Source of the DNA: an uncultured beta proteobacterium
Lineage (GTDB): Bacteria > Pseudomonadota > Gammaproteobacteria > Burkholderiales > SG8-41
NCBI GenBank assembly: GCA_903913965.1
Contig: CAIWNB010000150.1
Span: forward strand, 1 to 61,616
Direction of reading: 5' to 3'
Length of the DNA: 61,616 nucleotides
Shown: in pieces, positions 21,947 through 30,282 of the stretch
How positions within the stretch are numbered: the stretch's first letter is position 1
Layout: each line of letters begins with the position of its first letter
Made by a program: the position numbers and the translations under genes
Notes under the pieces: generated by a model
Database searches by the model: none
Seen by the model: the letters and a program-made list of their open reading frames with translations, nothing else
What the model was told of the DNA's origin: nothing

Positions 21947-22434
21947 TACTTGAGCTCCTCGATCAGCTTGTCGAGTTTGTCCGCGGTCATCGCGCACAAC
22001 ATATGTTTGTTATTCCGAATCAACACGGGTGCATCACCACAAGCCCCCATGCATTCAGATTCTTTAAGCGTAAACGCACCGTCAGCGGTCGTCTCACCGA
22101 ATCCGATGCCGAGCTTGGACTTCAGGTGCTGTGCAGCCACATTGGCTCCCAGCAATGCGCATGGCAAATTCGTGCATATGGACAGTTTGCAACGCCCAAC
22201 CGGCTTGAGGTCGTACATCGTATAAAAACTCGCCACCTCGTAGACGGCGATCGGCGGCATGCCAAGGTAGGAAGCAACGCAGTCCATCGTCTCATGCGAC
22301 AGCCAGCCCTTCTCATCCTGCGCGATAGTTAATGCAGCCATCACCGCCGATTGTTTTTGATCAGCTGGATACTTGGCAATCGCCTTGTCAATTTTAATCA
22401 ACGATTCGGGGCTGAGAAGCATCGGCGCACTCAT
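21946..22434 (-). CDS. nuoE: NADH-quinone oxidoreductase subunit E
   Basis: 162 aa with thioredoxin-like 2Fe-2S motifs (ICTNLPC...[10 protein letters not shown]). Confidence 0.92.
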   Translation of the reverse strand: MSAPMLLSPESLIKIDKAIAKYPADQKQSAVMAALTIAQDEKGWLSHETMDCVASYLGMPPIAVYEVASFYTMYDLKPVGRCKLSICTNLPCALLGANVAAQHLKSKLGIGFGETTADGAFTLKESECMGACGDAPVLIRNNKHMLCAMTADKLDKLIEELK

Positions 22435-23684
22435 CTATCAATTTCTCCGAACACAATCTCAATGGTTCCTATGATGGCAACAACGTCTGCAATCATATGC
22501 CCGCGCGACAACTCATCAATGGCCGAAAGATGGGTAAAGCTTGGCGACCGTATCTTCATACGGTAAGGTTTATTTGCACCGTCGGACATCATATAAATTC
22601 CGAATTCGCCCTTAGGGTGCTCGATGCCTGCATAAGCCTCCCCCTCGGGCACATGCATCCCCTCGGTGAAAAGCTTGAAGTGGTGGATCAGCTCTTCCAT
22701 ATTCGATTTCATCGCCAAGCGCGAGGGCGGCCCGACCTTGTGGTCGTCGGTCATCACCGGCCCCGGATTCTTGCGCAGCCATTCAACACACTGCTTCACA
22801 ATCCGGTTCGCCTGCCGCATTTCTTCAATACGCACGAGATAACGGTCATAGCAGTCGCCATTAACCCCGACCGGAATATCAAAATCCATCCGGTCATACA
22901 CCTCGTAGGGCTGGTTCTTGCGCAAATCCCAGGCGATCCCCGAGCCGCGCAACATCGGGCCTGTGAAGCCCATCGCGTACGCTCTTTCCGGAGAAACCAC
23001 ACCAATGCCTACTGTGCGCTGCTTCCAAATGCGGTTATCTGTCAACAAAGTTTCATATTCGTCGACACACTTCGGAAACCGGTCAACAAAATCCTCGATA
23101 AAATCGAGCACCGAACCCTGCCGGTTAGCATTTAGGTCGCGCGTTGCGCGCTCATTATGTATCCTCGTCGCGGTGTATTGCGGCATGGTATCGGGCAAAT
23201 CGCGATAAACGCCGCCCGGCCGGTAGTACGCCGCGTGCATCCGGGCTCCAGAAACCGCCTCATAGACATCAAACAGGTCTTCGCGCTCGCGGAAGCAATA
23301 CAAAAACATCGTCATGGCGCCCAGATCCAGACCATGACACCCCAGACCCAGCAGGTGCGCAAGAATACGGGTGATCTCATCAAACATCACGCGGATATAT
23401 TGAGCGCGCAGAGGCACCTGTATGCCCAGAAGTTTTTCAATCGCCAGCACGTAGGCATGCTCATTGCACATCATGGTGCAATAATCCAGACGGTCCATAT
23501 ATGGCACCGACTGCAGGAAGGTCCGATGCTCGGCCAGCTTTTCCGTCGCGCGATGCAGCAACCCGATATGCGGGTCGGCACGCACAATCGTTTCCCCGTC
23601 CAACTCCAGCACCAGACGCAAAACGCCGTGAGCAGCAGGATGTTGCGGCCCAAAATTCATTGTGTAATTGCGGATATCAGCCAT
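22431..23684 (-). CDS. nuoD: NADH-quinone oxidoreductase subunit D
   Basis: 417 aa. N-terminal [19 protein letters not shown] overlap with nuoE. Confidence 0.93.
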   Translation of the reverse strand: MADIRNYTMNFGPQHPAAHGVLRLVLELDGETIVRADPHIGLLHRATEKLAEHRTFLQSVPYMDRLDYCTMMCNEHAYVLAIEKLLGIQVPLRAQYIRVMFDEITRILAHLLGLGCHGLDLGAMTMFLYCFREREDLFDVYEAVSGARMHAAYYRPGGVYRDLPDTMPQYTATRIHNERATRDLNANRQGSVLDFIEDFVDRFPKCVDEYETLLTDNRIWKQRTVGIGVVSPERAYAMGFTGPMLRGSGIAWDLRKNQPYEVYDRMDFDIPVGVNGDCYDRYLVRIEEMRQANRIVKQCVEWLRKNPGPVMTDDHKVGPPSRLAMKSNMEELIHHFKLFTEGMHVPEGEAYAGIEHPKGEFGIYMMSDGANKPYRMKIRSPSFTHLSAIDELSRGHMIADVVAIIGTIEIVFGEIDR

Positions 23685-23686
23685 GC

Positions 23687-24301
23687 TTAACCCTTGCGGA
23701 ACCCTGCGCCACCGGCGTAGTTCTCTTCGCGAACGATACGCGGCGTGATCTCTCTGGGATCGATAGTGACCGGCTGGTATATGACACGGCGCTGATCTGG
23801 GTCGTAGCGCATTTCGACATGCCCCGATATCGGAAAATCCTTGCGAAACGGATGCCCGATGAAGCCGTAGTCGGTCAAGATTCGTCGTAGATCTGGGTGA
23901 CCGTTAAAGAGGATGCCAAAGAGATCGAATGCTTCTCGCTCAAACCAGTTCGCAGCAGACCACACCCCCACCACCGTGTCCACCATTGGCATATCATCGT
24001 CTGGCGCAAAAACCCGGACACGCAACCTGCGGTTCTTGCTGACGCTTAGCAAATGGTAAACTACCGCATAGCGGGCACCATCCCACCTGCCATCACCATA
24101 GGTCTTGTAATCAAGACCACAAACATCGATGACCTGCTCGAACATCAAGTCTGGCGCATCGCGCAACACTAACATCGATTCGACCAACCCCTCAGCCTTG
24201 AGGGTTACGGTGACCTCTCCGAGAGCATCAACCACGCCGACAACACGCTCACCAAGAAGGTCATTGACGCGGGCAGCGAGAATTTCGGTACGGGCTGTCA
24301 T
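23687..24301 (-). CDS. nuoC: NADH-quinone oxidoreductase subunit C
   Basis: 204-aa 30-kDa subunit pattern ([23 protein letters not shown]), between nuoB and nuoD. Confidence 0.9.
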   Translation of the reverse strand: MTARTEILAARVNDLLGERVVGVVDALGEVTVTLKAEGLVESMLVLRDAPDLMFEQVIDVCGLDYKTYGDGRWDGARYAVVYHLLSVSKNRRLRVRVFAPDDDMPMVDTVVGVWSAANWFEREAFDLFGILFNGHPDLRRILTDYGFIGHPFRKDFPISGHVEMRYDPDQRRVIYQPVTIDPREITPRIVREENYAGGAGFRKG

Positions 24302-24784
24302 TTATCGCGCAATCGTATTGGTACGTTTGATTTTGTTTTGCAACTGGATAATCCCGTAGAGCAGCGCCTCGGCCGTCGGCGGACATCCCGGTACGTATAT
24401 ATCTACCGGAACGATGCGATCACAGCCGCGGACAACGGAATAGGAATAATGGTAATAACCACCGCCGTTAGCGCAGGAACCCATGGAGATCACCCAGCGC
24501 GGCTCAGCCATTTGGTCGTAAACCTTGCGCAGGGCTGGCGCCATCTTGTTGCAAAGAGTGCCGGCAACAATCATTACGTCGGATTGGCGTGGACTGGGGC
24601 GGAACACGATACCAAAACGGTCCAGATCGTAGCGCGAAGCGCCTGCGTGCATCATTTCAATCGCGCAACAGGCAAGGCCGAAGGTTACCGGCCACATTGA
24701 ACCTGTGCGAGTCCAGTTGATGAGCGTATCAACTGTTGTAGTCAGGTAACCCTGCTCCATTAACGCCGCGTCATTCGCGCCCAT
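24302..24784 (-). CDS. nuoB: NADH-quinone oxidoreductase subunit B
   Basis: ATG at 24784 (TTG at 24787 is possible). Has N2-cluster motifs [20 protein letters not shown] and VPGCPP. Confidence 0.92.
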   Translation of the reverse strand: MGANDAALMEQGYLTTTVDTLINWTRTGSMWPVTFGLACCAIEMMHAGASRYDLDRFGIVFRPSPRQSDVMIVAGTLCNKMAPALRKVYDQMAEPRWVISMGSCANGGGYYHYSYSVVRGCDRIVPVDIYVPGCPPTAEALLYGIIQLQNKIKRTNTIAR

Positions 24785-24797
24785 CAAAACCCCGTCT

Positions 24798-24838
24798 CAA
24801 CGTGCAGCATCCTGTTTAACTTAGCTGCAATGTGCAGC
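24798..24838. repeat. direct repeat CAA[C/T]GTGCAGC x2, 30 bp apart; second copy inside palindrome GCTGCAATGTGCAGC
   Basis: Copies are at 24798-24808 and 24828-24838. The 6-bp inverted repeat GCTGCA/TGCAGC is at 24824-24838. A looser third copy CAAAGTGCAGG is at 24986-24996. Confidence 0.4.
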
Positions 24839-24902
24839 CTACTTCCGCCCGTAAGCTTTATCACCAGATTACACCCGTAAACGGGCCATAAAACAGCCTG
24901 CG

Positions 24903-24932
24903 ATTTTACCCTCGCTCAGCGTCCAGGGTCAA
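24903..24932 (-). promoter_or_regulatory. candidate sigma70 promoter for nuoB-N (TTGACC-N18-TAAAAT)
   Basis: The minus strand has TTGACC (24932..24927), an 18-nt spacer, and TAAAAT (24908..24903). It lies inside the 239-bp gap between the UbiE-like gene and nuoB. Confidence 0.35.
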
Positions 24933-25023
24933 CGCAGAACATTGCGCTGTATCAAATGCTTGGACATCCAGGGCATTGCAACACCCAAAGTGCAGGCGCC
25001 ACCGATTTTCCTGCATCTCTCAG

Positions 25024-25776
25024 CTACTTCTTTGCGGCGCGATGGCAGCCTATCATGCCGGCAAAAACCGACTTCGCTGAAACATCACAAAAACCCAAGT
25101 CTCTCAACAGCTCGGCCAATTCGTCGGCCGAATAGAACATCTCAAGTGCATTTATGAAATACTTTTTGCAATTGAGCGCCGACTCATCACTGCGAAAAAG
25201 AAAGCCGGTAAATGCCAAGCACATCCGCAGGTAAGCGTAATAGAGCTTTTCAACCACCGGATTGGCCGGCCGCAGCATGTCACAATGGTAAAAATGCCCT
25301 CCCGGCTTTAGCACTCTGAGTATCTCGCTGAAGACGGTACGCACACGCAAATGACGCGAGGCAAACTGCAGCGTAACAACATCAAAGTGATTGTCAGGAA
25401 AAGGCAGTTTATGCACGTCACCGATAACGCTATGAATATGGAAGCCTCGGTCAACCGCGCGCTGCCTGCCAACCGCCTGCATCTCCGCGCTGCGGTCAAT
25501 GGCATGCACCTCAAGCGTGGGCTCGCGGCGCAACAAGGCGATCCCGATCGCGTTAGTCCCGGCGCAAACATCGAGGGTCCTTTGTCCGGGGCGAAGCTCG
25601 ATCACCGACATGAAGGCCTGAAGAAAACGATTCCACAATCCCAGGCTGGCGACATAATTCGCCCTGTCATAATAAGGCGCAACGTCAGCAAATACCCTAT
25701 TTAACTCCTTGGTCCAAACGACATTGAAACGTTCTTCACGCAGTTGTTCACGAACGGCGACTGGTGGGGGGCTCAT
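25024..25776 (-). CDS. UbiE/MenG-family methyltransferase-fold protein with degenerate SAM motif I; candidate rhodoquinone biosynthesis protein (RquA-like)
   Basis: 250 aa. It is collinear by eye with E. coli UbiE (YDRANYVASLGLW.., LPFPDNHFDVVTLQFASRHL, VLKPGGHFY). Motif I reads LDVCAGTNAIG where UbiE has LDLAGGTGDL. It lies immediately downstream of frdABCD. The CDS and family call are high confidence. The RquA assignment is an inference (about 0.5). Confidence 0.85.
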   Translation of the reverse strand: MSPPPVAVREQLREERFNVVWTKELNRVFADVAPYYDRANYVASLGLWNRFLQAFMSVIELRPGQRTLDVCAGTNAIGIALLRREPTLEVHAIDRSAEMQAVGRQRAVDRGFHIHSVIGDVHKLPFPDNHFDVVTLQFASRHLRVRTVFSEILRVLKPGGHFYHCDMLRPANPVVEKLYYAYLRMCLAFTGFLFRSDESALNCKKYFINALEMFYSADELAELLRDLGFCDVSAKSVFAGMIGCHRAAKK

Positions 25777-25866
25777 GACTGAAGTGATCTCCTCAAAGTT
25801 GAATCAAACCGCAAATTACCTATATTTTTTCTGCTTACATAAAAACAGTGCCTGGAACACACCTTC

Positions 25867-26208
25867 CTAGAAAGACCAAAGACTCGCCGCCGCCCACAGA
25901 CTCGCCAGAATCGCCACGCCATAAACAACCGTAGCAACTGCCGAGTCCGCACGCACACCAAAATCATAAAAAGTAATACGCAAACGATGCGCCGCACTCC
26001 AAAGCACTAGGAAAATCACAACCGTAAAAGCTGCCTTGTAGACGCTATGGGACAAAAACATGCGCAAACGGTCGTATGCCAGAATGTCCGGCAGATGCCC
26101 TGTCGCGGCAAGCAGGGTCATGACTATCATGACGGGAATTAAAAACGCACTGACGGTTCCGCCTGCAGCGAATGGCCCCCAAACCAGCGGTTTGTTCGAT
26201 ATCGCCAT
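25867..26208 (-). CDS. frdD: fumarate reductase membrane anchor subunit D
   Basis: ATG at 26208, 2 nt after the frdC stop. PLVWGPFAAGGTVSAFLIPVMIV aligns with E. coli FrdD [24 protein letters not shown]. Three TM segments. Confidence 0.85.
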   Translation of the reverse strand: MAISNKPLVWGPFAAGGTVSAFLIPVMIVMTLLAATGHLPDILAYDRLRMFLSHSVYKAAFTVVIFLVLWSAAHRLRITFYDFGVRADSAVATVVYGVAILASLWAAASLWSF

Positions 26209-26210
26209 GA

Positions 26211-26603
26211 TCAATGCACCCCTGCAAAAACCAGAATGGCCACAGACAGCACAAACCACACCCCGTAATGCAAACCCGCCACAAACCAGCCAGGCATAAA
26301 ACTCTCCCCCACCTGCAACGGCAGCGCCTTAGGCGTGAGGTTGAACCAGGTAACACTGTGATAAACCGAGAACACCAAAGCCAGCATTTGAAAAACGATC
26401 ATGGACGGACTCTTGAGGGAGTCAAGAAACAGCTGGTATCCCGCCTCGCTCTCTGCGAGACGCGCCAGCCCGACCACCACCAACAAGGCGTACGCCCCAA
26501 CAAACAAACAGGTCAATTCCCGCACCATATAGCGCAAATAACGCGGATGATCGAAAAACCAACTGACTTTTGGCACTTCGCGGACAAACGGATTACGGCT
26601 CAT
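26211..26603 (-). CDS. frdC: fumarate reductase membrane anchor subunit C
   Basis: ATG at 26603 forms an ATGA overlap with the frdB stop. The N-terminus MSRNPFVREVPKVSWFFDHPRYLRYMVRE parallels E. coli FrdC [27 protein letters not shown]. Confidence 0.85.
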   Translation of the reverse strand: MSRNPFVREVPKVSWFFDHPRYLRYMVRELTCLFVGAYALLVVVGLARLAESEAGYQLFLDSLKSPSMIVFQMLALVFSVYHSVTWFNLTPKALPLQVGESFMPGWFVAGLHYGVWFVLSVAILVFAGVH

Positions 26604-27343
26604 TTTTTCACCCACGGCATCAGATGTTCCGTATACCAATCAACCGTACTGGCAATCTTCACCTGCTGCAGCGCGCTGGCCGGATCAACGTGCTCAGGAC
26701 AGACCTCCGAACAGGCGCCGGCAAAAGAGCACTCCCACACACCTTCGCCAGAGGCTATTTCCTGCTGACGCTCTTTGCGCCCGCCGTCCCTTGAATCAAG
26801 GTTGTAGCGATGGGCCATCGAAATCGCCGCGGGGCCTATGAATTTTGGCGTCAAACCATACTCCGGACACGCCGCGTAACAGAGCATGCAGTTTATGCAA
26901 AGCGTGTATTGCTTGAATTTCTTGAGTTCAGCTGGTGTTTGCCTGTATTCCCCCTCGCCGACCGGCTTTTCGTCCTTGGGAATCAGGTAAGGCTTGACGC
27001 GCTTGAATTTCGTCATGAAATCATCGATCACCGTGACGAGATCCCGCTCAATCGGGAAGTGCGCCAGGGGTTCGACGCGGATCACTCCCTGGTAGTTACG
27101 CAGAAATGATTTGCAGGCGAGTTTCGGCTCGCCATTGATCATCATTCCACAACTACCGCACACCGCCATGTGACAGGACCAGCGATAGTTCAACGTCGGG
27201 TCGATGGTTTCCTTGACATGGTTCAGCGCGTCGAGAACTACCCACTCCTCCTCGCACGTCACCAAGTAGCGCTGAAAATGCGGCTCCGTTTCCGTCTCCG
27301 GGTTATAGCGCAGGACTTCCAGCTCAATCACGCGCTCGCTCAT
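26600..27343 (-). CDS. frdB: fumarate reductase iron-sulfur subunit
   Basis: 247 aa with three cluster motifs: CHMAVCGSCGMMING, CINCMLCYAACP and CSFAGACSEVCP. ATGA overlap with frdA. Confidence 0.92.
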   Translation of the reverse strand: MSERVIELEVLRYNPETETEPHFQRYLVTCEEEWVVLDALNHVKETIDPTLNYRWSCHMAVCGSCGMMINGEPKLACKSFLRNYQGVIRVEPLAHFPIERDLVTVIDDFMTKFKRVKPYLIPKDEKPVGEGEYRQTPAELKKFKQYTLCINCMLCYAACPEYGLTPKFIGPAAISMAHRYNLDSRDGGRKERQQEIASGEGVWECSFAGACSEVCPEHVDPASALQQVKIASTVDWYTEHLMPWVKK

Positions 27344-29103
27344 TTGTGATCTCCCGAATAATCACGCACACCGGGCTGTGATTTGGTAATCACCACATCA
27401 CGATAATCAACGCGCGGAGGTTCATGCGAACGGAAGTAAGCCAGCGAATGCCGCAGGAATTTGCCGTCGTCACGCTCGACAAAATCCAGACGCTGGTGAG
27501 CACCACGGGATTCAGTTCGCGCCAACGCGCTCACGGTCACCGCCTCCGCACAATCCAGCATCGAACCGAGCTCGAGCGCCTGCAGGAGGTCAGTGTTGTA
27601 GACGTTAGTGCGGTCGGTCAACCCCACATCGAGATAGCGCCGCCGCAACTGGGATAATATGGCACAGGCAGCTTTGAGGCCCTCTTCCTCCCTATAGATG
27701 CCCGCATTTTCTTCCATTGTGCGCATCATCTCGCGACGCAAACCAGCAAGCGACTCACCACCGTCCGCCTTCTCAAACAAACCGCGTATGCGCCCCTGCG
27801 CAGCCGCGGCCTGAGCAGACAGCGCAACTTCGTTTACCGATGGTTTTCCGGAATTGATAAATTCAATTGCACTCAATGCGGCACGCCTGCCGAACACAAG
27901 CAGCTCAGTCAACGAATTCGAGCCGAGCCGGTTGGCTCCGTTGATACTCACACAAGCACACTCGCCCGCCGCATACAGGCCGGGAAGACTGGTCGCCGCG
28001 TCGATATCCGTATCAATGCCGCCCATCATGTAATGCACGACGGGTCGTACCGGTACCGGATCCTTGACCGGATCCACTCCGAGGTAACTAATCGACATGT
28101 CGCGCACTAAAGGCAAACGTTCGTCGATCTTTTTCTCACCAAGATGGCGCAGGTCAAGCAACATGCAATCACCATATTTGGTCGGCAACATGTTGCCTTT
28201 TTTCTGCTCATGCCAGAACGCCTGGCTGACGCGGTCACGCGGCCCCAATTCCATCGTCTTTAACTGCGGTTTGCCAACCGGCGTTTCAGGCCCCATACCG
28301 TAATCCTGCAAAAACCGGCGCGAATTCCGGTTCAGCAAAATCCCGCCCTCACCCCGGCACGCCTCGGTCAGCAAGGTGCCGGTGTTTGGCAATCCCGTCG
28401 GGTGATATTGGACAAACTCCATATCCTTCAGCGCAACGCCAGCGCGGTAGGCGAGGGCCATGCCGTCACCGGTCTTAATCGCCCCATTGGTAGTAAACGG
28501 AAACATACGCCCTGCACCGCCACCCGCAATGATGACGGCACGCGCCTCGAATCGGCGCATTTGTCCGCTACGCATTTCAATCGCCGTAAAGCCCTGGCAG
28601 CGACCGTCATCAACGATAAGATCCGTTGCATAGTATTCGTCGTAACGCTCAATCGACGGAAATTTAAGCGAGGTTTGAAACAGCGTATGCAATATGTGAA
28701 AGCCGGACTTGTCCGCGGCAAACCAGGTACGTTGCTTTTGCATTCCGCCAAACGGCCGCACCGCTACTGAGCCATCCGGCTCTCGGCTCCAGGGGCAGCC
28801 CCAATGTTCAAGCTGTAACAGCTCTTTGGGTGCCTCTCTTACGAGATAATCGACCGCATCCTGGTCGCACAGCCAGTCACCGCCACCGACCGTATCGTTA
28901 AAGTGGTGCTCCAGACTGTCATCAGGTTTGATCACCCCAGCCGCCCCGCCCTCGGCCGCACAGGTGTGACTGCGCATTGGATAAACCTTGGAGATCAGGC
29001 TGATCTTAAGCAGTGGGTCCGTTTCCGCCAGTGCTATGGCTGCGCGCAAACCAGCGCCGCCCGCGCCTATGATAGCCACGTCGCTACGGATGATTTCCAT
29101 CAT
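27340..29103 (-). CDS. frdA: fumarate reductase flavoprotein subunit
   Basis: ATG at 29103/29100 preceded by GGAGG. Has VAIIGAGGAGLRAA, HPTGLPNTGTLLTEACRGEGGILLN and LQDYGMGPETP...MELGPRD. Close collinearity with E. coli FrdA rather than SdhA. Confidence 0.92.
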   Translation of the reverse strand: MMEIIRSDVAIIGAGGAGLRAAIALAETDPLLKISLISKVYPMRSHTCAAEGGAAGVIKPDDSLEHHFNDTVGGGDWLCDQDAVDYLVREAPKELLQLEHWGCPWSREPDGSVAVRPFGGMQKQRTWFAADKSGFHILHTLFQTSLKFPSIERYDEYYATDLIVDDGRCQGFTAIEMRSGQMRRFEARAVIIAGGGAGRMFPFTTNGAIKTGDGMALAYRAGVALKDMEFVQYHPTGLPNTGTLLTEACRGEGGILLNRNSRRFLQDYGMGPETPVGKPQLKTMELGPRDRVSQAFWHEQKKGNMLPTKYGDCMLLDLRHLGEKKIDERLPLVRDMSISYLGVDPVKDPVPVRPVVHYMMGGIDTDIDAATSLPGLYAAGECACVSINGANRLGSNSLTELLVFGRRAALSAIEFINSGKPSVNEVALSAQAAAAQGRIRGLFEKADGGESLAGLRREMMRTMEENAGIYREEEGLKAACAILSQLRRRYLDVGLTDRTNVYNTDLLQALELGSMLDCAEAVTVSALARTESRGAHQRLDFVERDDGKFLRHSLAYFRSHEPPRVDYRDVVITKSQPGVRDYSGDHK

Positions 29104-29188
29104 GCACCTCCAGCGGCGCACGACAAGCGCGGCCACATGAATCGGGCAAAGAAAAATAACCGGGAAAGAACAACCAGAAAACCAACCA

Positions 29189-29209
29189 CGCCGGGCATTG
29201 CACCCGGCG
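29189..29209 (-). terminator. GC-rich hairpin with T-rich tail 21 nt after nuoA stop (terminator/attenuator-like)
   Basis: The minus strand reads CGCCGGG-TGCAATG-CCCGGCG (7-bp stem, 7-nt loop). It is followed by TGGTTGGTTTTCTGGTTGTTCTTT...TTATTTTTCTTT. Confidence 0.4.
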
Positions 29210-29229
29210 CCAGACAACGGCCTAGACCG

Positions 29230-29598
29230 TCACTCCCACTCGAGAGCGCCTTTTTTCCACTCGTAGGCGAAGCCGACGACCAGAATACCCAAGAACACAA
29301 CCATGGCCCAGAAGCCGAATGCACCGATCTCCCGCAATACAATCGCCCACGGAAAGAGGAAGGCGATTTCAAGATCAAACAGTATGAAAAGAATAGCGAC
29401 AAGATAGTAACGCACGTCGAACCTCATACGTGCGTCTTCGAAAGCCTCGAACCCACATTCGTAGGGCGATAACTTTTCGCTGTTCGGTCGGTGTACGCCG
29501 AGCAACCTGCCCACCGCACCACCAAGGATAATCGGCGCCAACCCCACCACGGCACCGACCAGGATAAACAGGAGAATCGGAAAATAATTGGCTAGCAT
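29230..29598 (-). CDS. nuoA: NADH-quinone oxidoreductase subunit A
   Basis: ATG at 29598 (TTG at 29604 is possible). Three TM segments, with [35 protein letters not shown]. Confidence 0.92.
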   Translation of the reverse strand: MLANYFPILLFILVGAVVGLAPIILGGAVGRLLGVHRPNSEKLSPYECGFEAFEDARMRFDVRYYLVAILFILFDLEIAFLFPWAIVLREIGAFGFWAMVVFLGILVVGFAYEWKKGALEWE

Positions 29599-29728
29599 GA
29601 GCAAACTGGCCCGTCCGAGTTGAAATGTTGGTGGCGAGTTTCCGCCGATTTGTAACCATAACCGCAGGATGTTCCATCAAAATCTAAGTAACGATGGTTC
29701 ATTCTGAACCAGCAAACGTTACCACCAC

Positions 29729-29742
29729 TTGATCTTGATCAA
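29729..29742. promoter_or_regulatory. perfect FNR/CRP-family box TTGAT-N4-ATCAA upstream of nuoA
   Basis: The sequence TTGATCTTGATCAA is a palindromic consensus. On the minus strand a CAGAAT hexamer (29706..29701) lies 22 nt downstream of the box. Assuming transcription starts 7 nt downstream of that hexamer (about 29694), the box centre falls at -41.5. Confidence 0.6.
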
Positions 29743-29762
29743 ACAAACTGCATTGATAACAC

Positions 29763-29847
29763 TGGTGCCGGCGGAGAGACTCGAACTCTCACGACTTTCG
29801 TCACCGCCCCCTCAAGACGGCGTGTCTACCAATTCCACCACGTCGGC
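29763..29847 (-). tRNA. tRNA-Leu (anticodon GAG)
   Basis: The reverse complement reads GCCGACGTGGTGGAATTGGTAGACACGCCGTCTTGAGGGGGCGGTGACGAAAGTCGTGAGAGTTCGAGTCTCTCCGCCGGCACCA. It has a 7-bp acceptor stem (one A-C mismatch) and an anticodon stem CCGTC/GGCGG with loop TTGAGGG. It also has a long variable arm, a T-loop TTCGAGT and a 3' CCA. Confidence 0.9.
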
Positions 29848-29906
29848 ACTGCAAAAACTTAACCATTCCGCCGTCAACTTACGGCACTACATCAACATAA
29901 AGCCGA

Positions 29907-30266
29907 CTACTTAGGTATTTCATTGACCTTTGAATCAGCCGCGTCGCCCTTCGAGACAGGTGCCTGATCCACCGCAGGCGCGGTAACCGGCAAGGTCACC
30001 GCCGACGGCGCCGACATTACCCCTTTTTGCTCACCGCGGTGCGCAGAAAACCACGTCAAACCCAAGCTGGTCAAAAAGAATAGCGTCGCCAAGACTGAGG
30101 TAATACGGCTCAGGAAATTAGCCGAACCGCTAGAGCCAAACAAGCTCCCAGAGCTACCGCCACCAAATGCCGCCCCCATGTCCGCGCCCTTGCCATGCTG
30201 CAAAAGCACCAAGCCAATAATGCCTAGCGCGGCAACAACGTGAACAACGATCACCAGAACTTCCAT
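29907..30266 (-). CDS. secG: preprotein translocase subunit SecG
   Basis: 119 aa. LLQHGKGADMGAAFGGGSSGSLFGSSGSANFLSR is the SecG signature. Confidence 0.9.
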   Translation of the reverse strand: MEVLVIVVHVVAALGIIGLVLLQHGKGADMGAAFGGGSSGSLFGSSGSANFLSRITSVLATLFFLTSLGLTWFSAHRGEQKGVMSAPSAVTLPVTAPAVDQAPVSKGDAADSKVNEIPK

Positions 30267-30282
30267 GCGATCCTCTCAAATC

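Noticed and set aside
24942-24955. FNR-like half-match TTGATACAGCGCAA (minus strand) upstream of the candidate nuoB promoter.
   Set aside because: Only the left half matches the consensus. The centre falls near -52.5 relative to the predicted start, which is not a productive class I or class II position.
24906-25016. 36-aa ORF (MQENRWRLHFGCCNALDV...) on the minus strand in the gap between the UbiE-like gene and nuoB.
   Set aside because: It has no convincing SD. It overlaps the candidate promoter, and its composition is unremarkable. It is most likely a chance ORF.
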